From assembly GCA_030141605.1 (NCBI GenBank), contig JAQGDQ010000545.1, positions 81,924 through 145,923 on the forward strand: 64,000 nt of DNA, in the 5' to 3' direction. This DNA comes from Tubiluchus corallicola. Its lineage: Eukaryota; Animalia; Priapulida. Below the pieces are notes generated by a model. It was not told the DNA's origin. It saw only the letters and a list, made by a program, of their open reading frames with translations, and ran no database searches. The position numbers and the translations under genes are program-made. Of this stretch, positions 29,175 to 40,427 are shown piece after piece. Each line of letters begins with the position of its first letter. Position 1 is the stretch's first letter.

Positions 29175-29900
29175 TATCCTGTCCTGTACTATTCTGCTTT
29201 GCTCTGTTCTGCTCTGCTCTGCTCTGTCCTACTCTGTCCTACTCTGTCCTGTCCTGCCTTGCCCTGTCCTGTCCTGTCCTGTCCTGTCCTGTCCTGGCCT
29301 GGCCTGGCCTGGCCTGGCCTGGCCTGGCCTGGCCTGCCCTGCCCTGCCCTGCCCTGCTCTGCCCTGGCCTGGCCTGAGCTTAGCTTAGCTTAGCTTACCC
29401 TACCCTACCCTACCCTACCCTACCCTACCCTACCCTACCCTACCCTACCCTACCCTACCCTACCCTACCCTACCCTACCCTACCCTACCCTACCTTACCT
29501 TACCTTACCCTACCCTACCTTACCTTACCTTACCTTACTTTACCGTACCGTACCTTACCTTACTTCCCCTCACCTTACATTGCCTTTTCCTTGCTTTGCC
29601 TTGCCTTACCTTACATAGGCATAGGCATAGATCATTTATTTTCTCCAATATAGTTTACAGCAAAAGTTTTAGTTATCAAGGAGCAGTCCATACCTTGTGT
29701 CTTATCATGCCTGGCCTTGCCTTACTTTAGCTTCTTCTTATCTTACCTTACATTAACATACCTTTTCCTTGCCTTGCCTTACTTTACCATACCATACCAT
29801 ACCTTGCCTTACTTTTTCTTACCTTATCTTACCTCATAGTACTTTTTTCTTGTCTTGTGTTACTTGACTTGTAACTTGTCTACTACCTTGCCTTGTCTTA
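29175..29900. repeat. Compound pentanucleotide repeat
   Basis: Successive blocks of ctctg, ctgtc, ctggc, ctgcc, cttag, cctac and cttac. Confidence 0.93.
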
Positions 29901-29985
29901 CGTCTCTTTCTATTCACATATAATTATTATGTTCTAATTAATAAACGTAACCTCGGCTCGCTTAAACACGTTTACATTTTTTCAG

Positions 29986-30147
29986 GTGCAAGGTTTCAGT
30001 CGTCAAAGTTAATCGTCAATTTTTACCTGAAACGCCATATTGGTTTCTACCTGTTAGAGATGTACGTGCCCTGTTCACTCATTGTTGTGATGTCTTTCAT
30101 CTCATTCTGGCTTGATAAAGATGCATCAGCAGGAAGAGTGTCCTTAG
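29986..30147 (+). CDS. Cys-loop channel exon (beta10, M1, M1-M2 linker)
   Basis: ttttttcag acceptor and TTAG|gtgagt donor. GARFQSSKLIVNFYLKRHIGFYLLEMYVPCSLIVVMSFISFWLDKDASAGRVSLG. Confidence 0.96.
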
Positions 30148-31123
30148 GTGAGTTTGGCCTCGTCAGTTATGTGATTAATGCATGATTCACACTGGCAGGG
30201 CCTGTTCAGTACTAGATTTCTCCATTCACACTGGATCAGACCAGATAACTGTCAGAGTTTATACATATTCACGTGGACTAGGAACTGTATACAATCCACA
30301 TATTGATCCATATTAATCCACACGGTCCATTCGGTTGATCTGTGTCTTACAAATGTGTATTTCAGACAAGACTCGGTTCGACCCTCAAAGGCCTTGTAGA
30401 CAATGCGAAAAACCTCCCGGGTTCCTAATCTCACTTTTCTTGCAAAAAGTGCGTTAAAGGACAAGTTGAGGGTACCTGAAGTAGATTTCAGAAAATCGCC
30501 TTAAAAAATTATATTACTTTATAGTAATTTTATGCGTATGCAAAAAGGTGTGTAAGCGGTATAAAATTTCAGACGAATTTTTTAAGCTAGATTTAAGTGA
30601 AGGATTTTCTTGTACATTAAGAAGCGGCAAAGAAGATGGATAGATTGTCCTAAATTGAGTGTTTTAACATTAACTTTACTAAACACGCCCTGGTTTGTTC
30701 TTTTGTCTTACACGATCTTGGAGGAGTTTTTAAAATCTGTCAAGTCTCTTGTTCCAATTTCAGCTCTTCAAATTTTGGTCACGTGATTAAGAGTGCGCTT
30801 TCTCGAACTTTCTCGCGTGATAAAAAATTTGCGTTTTTATGGAGTGAAATGATGAGAAAGAGTATTATCAGAAATTTTTCATCAACATGACGTTCAAAAT
30901 CAACCAATAAAAATTATGCAAAGGGTACTGAAATATGTGTCTATGGTAATGGCGTGGTGGGTTAAATGACTCTGGTTAAAAAAACGAAGATTTCTGGTCT
31001 TGCTGTTGGGGGTTGTTAGTAATACGAACAACAAAAATTTTTGTAAAATTTTGATCGCAACAATGGTATACGATTGTGGAGAAATTACAATACCTATATT
31101 ATTAAAGAACTGAAAATTACCTA

Positions 31124-31578
31124 CCGTATTTTCCCGTGTATAAGAGACCCTTGTGTATAAGAGACCCCTTCAATTTTTAGGCAAAAATTCTGGAAAAAAG
31201 TTTTTTCAGACGGACATTTTTAGAGGGTAGAGTACAACTTTTTTCAACTCAGTGCGGTACTGAAAACAAAATAAAACCAGTTAATGTGTTGTAGAAAAAG
31301 AGTACTGTTATATATTAAAGTGCGTACCTGCAAACCTGTAACAGGAAAAGAGAAAACGAGGAGATAATGCCTGTGTCACGATGCTTGTATTGCTTACAAC
31401 CGCTTCATAGTCGAACGCGACACGCAAAACAGTTGTAGAGCACTTATTTCTTTAAAATCATTAGTGTCACAATTTATGCATCTTATTGAAAAGACTTACT
31501 CCCATGTATAAGAGACCCCCTATTTTTAAAGTGAAAATTCTGAGCAAAAAAGGGTCTCTTATACACGGGAAAATACGG
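31124..31578. mobile_element. Tc1/mariner (pogo-type) MITE
   Basis: Perfect ~29-bp TIR ccgtattttcccgtgtataagagaccctt with TA on both sides, plus internal subterminal gtataagagaccc repeats. Confidence 0.9.
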
Positions 31579-32631
31579 TAGATCACGTGTGTAAGAAAGC
31601 TATTTTCACTGCCCTAGGATTCCAGCACTAGTCAAACGTGTGTCAACTTGTAAATGCACCACTATCGTAACATGAAACGCTGTTTGTTCTTTTAAAAACC
31701 GATTACATCACTCTCGTAATATTTTAATAAAATGTATTTTAAATTCTGATATCAGTATGAATTCTTATATTTTTAGTAAATAGAGAACTGCTTTTATTTA
31801 TAAATGCGTAATACCCATGTGTTATACTATAAATAAGTTTTAAAAATAGTTTTTAGTTGTGTTTTTATCCATGTATGTACTTATTTACGTATTTGTGTTT
31901 TATGGACTAGAATTCTGAAATAGATAAATAATTCAGTAATTCAATTCAATTCTGGCGTGAACTTCTATCAATTGGGTATGAAAGTGAAAGATTTCTTCAC
32001 TTTTGCCTGTTTGTTCAAGAAAGTTGCTCAAATTGTTTCCTTAAATGTCAACAATTGACCACGTCCAGCAGAAGTTCAAAGGTTCACGCTGGGTTAACTG
32101 AGTTTGATCACAGCAATTATGTCTTGGGACTCCTGTGACATTAATTGATTTTCTTTACGACTTTATTGAATCCCAATTTACTCTGCATGGAAGTCCAGCG
32201 AATGTCTAATGAAAGAAATTGAAGAGTCAACACGCAACAAATCTGCTTGTCTGTTGAATCGCCTTAATCACTGGATTCAAACTAATTTCGTAGAAAGCGA
32301 ACTTTTAGCTTCCCATTTGTGGCATTTGTGTCGTCAACAAGTAGAGGAGAAACGGAGAGGAAAAGGAAAAAATGAATTAGAAAGAAAAAAAGAAAGAGAG
32401 GAAGGAATGAGGGAGAGTTGTAGAATCAGCCTAAGGTAGGTAAAGAAATAAGTCAAAAAGAGGGAAAAATAAAAAAGAAGAAGAAAGGGTAGAAAAGAAA
32501 AACAGAGAGAAAGAAAAAATTAACAAAGAAGCAATAAGGAAAGAAATAAAGAAAGAAAAGACGAAAGGAAATCACACAATAGTTAAACGAAGGAACAAAG
32601 TACGGACGAAAACAACAAAGAGCGGAGCCTG

Positions 32632-32742
<111 letters not shown>

Positions 32743-33062
32743 TGATTTGATTTGTTTTAAATCTTTATTTCAAACAAACTTCAACTACAAATTTACAACA
32801 CACAATATTTACAACACATTTTACAAACTTCAACTAAAAATTTACAACACACAATATTTACAACGCATTTTGCAAAAGGAAAATATAAAATACACTTAAA
32901 TTTGGTTAATAAAGGAGGATTTTTCTCCAGTTGTCTCTAACATCAAACGTAAAATATGCATCGCATTTTCTTACATTTTTACAGATAACATTTCTACTGT
33001 TAGCGAAGAAAGTCAATAAAATTAATATTGAAGAAGGACGTTTTTCGGTTTTTATATTGCAG

Positions 33063-33286
33063 GAGTACTGACTGTTTTAACACTAACAACGCTGGGCTTC
33101 GTAGGACGATCTGGATTACCCATGAACGCCGGTGTAACCGCCTTAGACTGGTTTGTTGTGCTCTGCTTCACTTTCGTTTTTTTGTCACTAGCCGAATACG
33201 CATGCGTCAGTTTTTCTGAGCAAGACACTGGAGGAGAATGGAAGAAGCAGTTAAAGGAAAGAGACGTGTTTTGGGAACGAGTTCAG
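33063..33286 (+). CDS. Cys-loop channel exon (M2, M3, start of intracellular loop)
   Basis: attgcag acceptor and CAG|gtttgt donor. VLTVLTLTTLGFVGRSGLPMNAGVTALDWFVVLCFTFVFLSLAEYACVSFSEQDTGGEWKKQLKERDVFWERVQ. Confidence 0.93.
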
Positions 33287-33379
33287 GTTTGTATTATTTG
33301 GACGCTATGTGGTGTTGCACTTGCGCTTGCTTGACATCCAGTGTACCGTCTCAACAAAATAGTCCATGTATCGAGGGCC

Positions 33380-33630
33380 ACGTACTGCCTCACTGTTTAC
33401 CGCAGCACCATGTACCGCCTCACCGTGCACCACAGCACCATGTACCGCCTCACCGTGTACTGCAGCACCATGTACTACCTCGCTGTGTACCGCAGCGCCA
33501 TATACCGCCTCGCTGTGTACCACAGCACCATGTACCGCCTCACCGTGCACCACAGCACCATGTACCGCCTCACCGTGCACCGCAGCACCATGTACCACCT
33601 CGCTGTGTACCACATTGCTCTGTACCATGG
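33380..33630. repeat. 30-bp GC-rich minisatellite (cagcaccatgtaccgcctcaccgtgcacca), ~8 units
   Basis: 10-aa periodic ORFs in several frames on both strands. Confidence 0.92.
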
Positions 33631-33774
33631 CGCGCTGCATGAGGCAGTATGTGACACTAACATTTTTTGCGAACATTGAAATAAGCATAAGCTCTTGGAA
33701 GGCTTCACCTTTCTTTTAACGTGATTTAAATGTGGTTGCCTAAGAAAACTCGACGCCCAACAAAAATGAGGGTT

Positions 33775-34056
33775 CTCTTAAAATCCGTGCAGCTCGCGAT
33801 TAAAAAGAGACATGGAATGCGTCTGGAAACTATACATACATTTATTACGCATATTGAGGCTAATTGACATACCTCTGTTTACAAATACAAATTGTTTCCT
33901 TTACTAAATGTGTACCTCTTAAAATCCGTGCAGCTCGCGATTAAAAAGAGACATGGAATGCGTCTGGAAACTATACATACATTTATTACGCATATTGAGG
34001 CTAATTGACATACCTCTGTTTACAAATACAAATTGTTTCCTTTACTAAATGTGTAC
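33775..34056. repeat. 141-bp tandem duplication
   Basis: 33775-33915 and 33916-34056 read identical. Confidence 0.93.
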
Positions 34057-36156
34057 CTACCGTTTACATCAACAACAAAAGCTAAACATGACAGCGCTGA
34101 AGTAAAGATACAAGCCACTCATTTTCAACAGATGTCAGAATTTTTATAAATAAATAATCAGCAAGATTTATAAATAAATAAACGATGCATGGTTTTTCAC
34201 CATCATCGCTGGGATAATAGACACATCTCACTCGCTGAAGGAGCTGCCAAGTTACTAGCTCCTCGCTGAAAGAGCTATCGTGTTGTCGTGAAAGATTCTT
34301 GACGTGACAACTCGTGTTTTTTTCAGTTTACTCTTGATCATGCGTTACTTTACTAAGCATGCATTATAGAGCTAACAGACGTGACGGACTTTTATAGGAA
34401 TAATAAACATGTTGCTCTTATTGCCTAAGAAGTACAAGCCACCTGGCTCTGGTAAATGAAACCACTGAAACAGAGCCGCTTTAACCATTACTCATACCAA
34501 ACACATGCTTTAAAGCCTGCCAAATATCCAGGCCACAAAAAGTAAAATAAAAAACTTTAATAACTTCTCAGCGAATGGCCAAAAAGTGTTTTCTTTATTT
34601 TTATGCAAATAAATGTGTTGTATTTTTTATTGTGACCTACGCGACGACGAATGAATAGGACGCTATTCAGGCATTAACGTTTGTGGAGAATTTTATATTA
34701 ACGTGTTTGATGAATAACATTATTTTTGTTGTTAATCACGTGATAATTGCATTTGCTTTTTTGAACTAAAAGCTCTAGCTGCCGCTTTGTTTTTCTTTAA
34801 GACCTTAATCTATCATTGGTTTTTTTAGAGGACCTTTTATTGTTCTAAGGTTTACAGCAAAAGCGCGCAAAGGGCAATTTTGGGCATATTTACCAAAAGT
34901 AATCACTGTAGAAAATATTAGTTGTTCGAAATTTTGGCGTAATACATCTTCTGTTACTAAGTTTAACTTTTTTCCTTTTGTCGGGGCGCCCAAAATATCT
35001 GTACTTTCAGTCCACTTGTCAAAATGTGCCTTAGGACCAGCAGAGCCTCACTTGGGCACTGCACTGACCCCAAGTCACCAGTGACACTCGAATTAACACA
35101 GTAAGCATCGAAAAGATGCTTTGTAATGGTCCAAGTACAAGCAACATCTGTAGCGCTCGGGTAGTCGCGACGGCCGGGCAACCTCGGTGGTCCATGCAAG
35201 CTGTAAGGAAAATAATCTCGATGACGAAAATCGCACTATCCCTTTCACTGCCGATTTATGTTATTTGTAAAACATATTTTGCTCCATTTCTCACAGCATT
35301 CACTCTGTAGGCGAGAATATTAGTGTTGATTGGTTATGATAGTTCGCGCCGAGTCTGTTCATTAGATGGAAGGGTAACCGCCTGAAACCTTGGTTTGATG
35401 TCGATATCTACCGTGGTTTGATGTCTAGTTCAATCGGGCTAAATCTCTTTGTTGGATGCATAACCACACGCTGGTAAATTCGATTCTCTGGTCTCAAAAC
35501 AAATATTTGTGTTAAATAGAAGCTATCATTAAGTGCTGGATGATTGCAGAAAAAACTATAAAAGAAAGAGATGTAGGAGGATAATAAAAAAGAAGAATAA
35601 ACTCGCTAAATAAGAATATGAAGAAGCACGGGTAATGCTTATAAGAAATATTTGATACAATTGAACAGTCCTAATTTTACTATTTTATTTTTGAAGCAAA
35701 GGAATTCGCGTTTAGAGCTGTCTGGGTAGCTCGCCGCTCGTGTTTTCAACTGTATAAGGAGTTTTCAGATTACCCTTTGTATTTTTATCACGTAGAAAGA
35801 AAATTAGTTAAAGTGACAACGTCAGCTTCTTGACGAGCGGATCAAATCCGTAATTTCCTCGATAATTATTCGTTTTTAATTTAAATGCTAATTAGGCTTA
35901 AGAGAGATAAGCGCAGGTTTTTGTTTCGTTTTGTATCCGGAATAATTGTAACTCTGAACTTGTGCGTAAGAGAAGCCCCAGGAAAAACGTAAAAATGTCA
36001 CAGTTCAGTTTCTGAGAACAAGAAAAAGCAAAAATGGATGGATAAATGAATGAATGAATGAAAGTGAATGAATGAATGAATGAATGAAGGCAGAAATATT
36101 GACAAGAATATTAAAGGAATGGAGCAAAAAATGCAGGGAAAGGAAGGGAGAAAAAG

Positions 36157-36399
<243 letters not shown>

Positions 36400-36924
36400 G
36401 GAGAGGGGACAACAGATGAGTGCACTGTAAATGTGTTTGGATGTCGTTCTTTAGTAACCTTTGCCCATTATGAAAGGAGTCACCTCTTCTCTCATCCTAT
36501 ACAGATGTCTTTGTTCACTTATCAAACTCTGACAACCATAATAGCATACTAACAAGGACTCGTCAACGTTCCCTAACTATGGTCCCACAGGAGCCTTTCT
36601 TAATGCATGTAACCGTGGTCCCACTGGGCCTTTTCCTAATGCATATTTGTCTGAGTCAAAGCGAAGTGTCTGCGAATGATCAAAGCGTGGATTAATTCGA
36701 TTAAAGGAGTCCCAAAAAAATTGCATGAAAGCCAGTTTTCCTTAACAGCTTGAAGTTATTATCGAGTTGCGCAAGCATTTCTGTATCAGAATAAAGCGCC
36801 AATCCTGATGAGTTACATCAAAGCACATAAAGTAGAGGAGCTCTTTATACGTAAGACATAGGCTCACTTTGGCAACGAATTTCGGTTCACATTGCAGATG
36901 CTGATGCTGATTAAAGATGCTGAT

Positions 36925-37510
36925 CTTAAACTGTAGGTCGAAACAATCTATTCTTTAGAATATTGAAGCATACTACTTTTTTCAAAAATGACTTACGTGA
37001 GAGAATTATTACCACACAAACATAATTTCACGTTCGCGCCACTAGTTCTTCGCTGTTAGGCCATTTCGCCATTCGCTAGTAAGACGGGCACTAGTGCCTG
37101 CGTTTCGGAAACGCATTGCACAAAAAACAGGTGCTGTACTTCTCAGTTCAGATGTTTTAGTTTGTGACGAACTACAGTCGTTCGACGGCTCATGCGTGAG
37201 CACGGCGATAAATTTGATTTATGGATTTTTATCTTAAAACTTTCCTAGTTTTAGTACAACACCCTTAATATCTTATAGTAGCACTGTACTTCAATTTTCG
37301 CTATCGCAAACACGTGCAACACACTCATGGAATATTTTTGCTGTTGAAAATTGTTAGTTTGTGATGTCATCAATAGTTGGGCTCTAATTAAGATTTTAAT
37401 CTATTATTTAATTATCAGAAACGCTTTTGTAGTAATATTGGTGTTAAAACGTATACTTTTTATCGGATTTGAAAATGAGGTAGTATATGAAAAATCTTCG
37501 TGTCTTTCTT
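36925..37510 (+). repeat. Interspersed repeat family A
   Basis: Colinear with 7535-8125. Confidence 0.8.
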
Positions 37511-39169
37511 TAAATGCTGGCAGCTTTATATTGGATGAACTTCGCTGGTTGGCCATCAAACGTTCGAACTCGATTCGAACCTAATATAAACTCGATTTAT
37601 TCAACACTTCAACTACATACGTTCTTTATCTTTAAAACGTTTGAAACGTCATGTAATCAGTCCAATTTTTTACCTCGATTTCGCTGCACAGTTTTTAAAT
37701 AAATATTATTTTTGCTGATGAATAAAATCTAGTAATATACATGATCTCCGTGAGACCACTTTTTATTAATAATTCGAAAATTTATTCTAAAATTTTTGAA
37801 ACTGAAGTCAAATTTGATTCGGATTCCAAATCTCGAAATTCGATTTGTCTCGAGTTCGAAAGTACAGATTCGATTCGAATTCGCTTTCTTTTGGAGAATG
37901 CCCTCCGGCAGCTGATGGTTTTAATAGAAACGGCGGTGCGGTCTGATTTACACGTTTCATCTAGTTGATTTTTGAGGAGGATCAGATGTTCAGTACTGGT
38001 TCCCGTATTAGAAGATTTAATAAATGCATGTTTTATCTCATACAATTCGATAATCTGTAAACCGGCATCCATCATTAATGACATAATACGTGTGGAAGTA
38101 CCATAACTTAGCTACTTTTTAAGAGCAAGCTTCTGAGATGAGACACCAACCAGCAGCCGTTTCTTGGTCATGTTCAGGTTATCAGGTAATTAGCTGTTGG
38201 CACTGAAAGCACCACTCAGAAGCAGCTTCCTGGAAGTCACCCATTCAGTTACTGACCAGCCTTGTTACCTAACTGTCGTCACTAAGCACAGCTGTGACTA
38301 CTCAGCTTTGCCTCGTCCTCTGGATATTTTGCTTACGTCACGCACTCTCTCTCTACTAAAAGACGAATGTCCACTGCCATTATTTCTACCCAACAACAGA
38401 CTTTTTATGTTTACAACCAAGAAAGAAGCTCTCGGGTATGATTGGCGTGACCCACTCTACCAGCGTAATAAAGTCACACGAAAATGGTTATGGAAAAAGT
38501 CATAATTTTGGCTAGGAAAAAAGGCACAATTAATTTTTTGCTAAAGTTAGGATTAAGGTTATTTCTTTTTGCTGTGACTTTTTTACCTATGACTTTTTAC
38601 CTGGATTTATGCCAAAAATAGCTCCTGAGACAGAGGCCATGCCAATTACCGTTAACTTATTCTTTTTCTGTTCATTCCTGTTTGTAAACCTCGAAGCAAA
38701 ATATAGGATTAATATTATTCATACTCTGAAACTCTGAAGAAAGAAGACGAAAAGTTGAAAGGTCAAAGTCTAAGGTCACCTTTGAAAGAAAAATCGGGAA
38801 GTCAGCGAGAAACAACGGGCAAAGTAGGGCAGTCATCATCAGTATCTGATCTTTCTAACAAGTTTACAAACGAATAAATTCACGAATTCTCCCAAAACGA
38901 CTACGACTACTTCACGTTTGCGTTTCTTAATTATTATTATTTTTTGCTAGTATTGCCCAATATTTGAATTTTCAAGCATATTATCTCAAATGGATAATAG
39001 CAAAGTGCAATTTTCTATGCCATAGTCTATATCAAAATGGGCACTCATTTATTAGCAGGCTATAACTCTCAGTAGACAGCCACGAGTTGTGGTTTTACAA
39101 TCATCTATTGTATAAATTGACTTCAAATGCCATCAGTAGAATGTATAACCAATTGCCAATTTTTTCCAG

Positions 39170-39583
39170 TGTACACCCGAGACTCAAGCAATAATCCAGA
39201 ATGAGGAAAACCATGAGCTAATGACAGAGGATGAATTTGGAGGCATCGGAATTAGCAGCAACCACGTGGAAGGCAGCCATCTTGGAAAGTTCCATCACCG
39301 TCACCGTCACCGTCATCGCCACCGGCACTTCGAGCACGGTTATGACGATCATGATGATGACGGGGAGCCAATACACAGGAGCTGGTTCAATCGGTTGACG
39401 TCACGACTTCCGGGGGGCAAACCGGAGAACCCTCCTTTTCCCAAGCGACCGAAAGTGCCGCGACCAAAGCGATACGAGAACCTTTTGGACAAAGTATCCA
39501 GATTTCTCTTTCCAATTTGTTTTGCAATTGCAAACGTGTTTTACTGGTTTTTCTACTTGCAAGAGGATATCGTGTTCAGCTAG
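39170..39583 (+). CDS. Cys-loop channel terminal exon (intracellular loop, M4, stop)
   Basis: tttttccag acceptor in phase 0, in frame with ORF 39221-39583. Ends LDKVSRFLFPICFAIANVFYWFFYLQEDIVFS*, the canonical D..SR..FP..F...N..YW..Y M4. Confidence 0.93.
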   Translation, partial: CTPETQAIIQNEENHELMTEDEFGGIGISSNHVEGSHLGKFHHRHRHRHRHRHFEHGYDDHDDDGEPIHRSWFNRLTSRLPGGKPENPPFPKRPKVPRPKRYENLLDKVSRFLFPICFAIANVFYWFFYLQEDIVFS

Positions 39584-39838
39584 CACCATATTAATTTCCC
39601 AGAATTTCACCCAAGTCGCCTACAAGAACACTTGTCACTAAGGTTTTATGTTACACTGTGTTATAAACATTTTAACATTGTATACTAGCTTAGCTCAAAG
39701 CATTCAAACCAAAGTGCTCTGTAGAAAAATGAGAAGTGATATACGCAGCATGTAATATACGCAATTACTTCAAGTACCTGTACAGTTGTACATAGTTACA
39801 TAAACGCCAGTAGCAATTTTTTAAACTATATACTTCTC

Positions 39839-40427
39839 AGACCTATTTCACAATGAGGACGCAAGGAAAAATGACACGTGAAATTGCTGTCAGAAAATCA
39901 GAAAATTTTCTAAAAGTTTCCGATTTTTCTCGAAATGTCGTGTAGCAAGAAAGTTCATTTCACAGTGAAACCGCGCGCCCAGTTAGCTGCAGCTACTTTG
40001 CGAGTTTTATTGCTGTATAACCTGTCTAAATTAAGTTACATAATTTATATACTGAAAATATACATGTATAAAATAAATATACGGATGCGTTATTTTTCTT
40101 TTTCACGAATATAGCCTTCGATGTTGCATTAATAAAACATAAAATCGTTAGTCTGTTAAAAGACAGATCAAAAATTTAATCTTATAATTTTAGGCTGTTA
40201 GGCTGAAATATGTTAATTGTTGTTCGTTAAATAAGTATGATGTATTTGAGTAGTTAAATTTAAGACTGAATTCCAGGACGATTCCTCAAGAAAATGGAAC
40301 ATGCAGTATATCTACTATGCGGCGCAATTCCTCACGAGGAGGATGCATAGCTTCTAGCTTGCGGCAAAATTCCTCATGAGAAACTGCGCGAGGAATTTGC
40401 CTCGCGTCCTCACTGTGAAATGGGCCT
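39839..40427. mobile_element. MITE with ~28-bp imperfect TIRs just 3' of the channel stop codon
   Basis: agacctatttcacaatgaggacgcaagg versus the reverse complement of cctcgcgtcctcactgtgaaatgggcct. Confidence 0.7.

Noticed and set aside
33238-33719. Overlapping Cys/Pro/His-rich ORFs (mucin- or metallothionein-like)
   Set aside because: 30-bp minisatellite open in most frames on both strands, lying in an intron of the channel gene.
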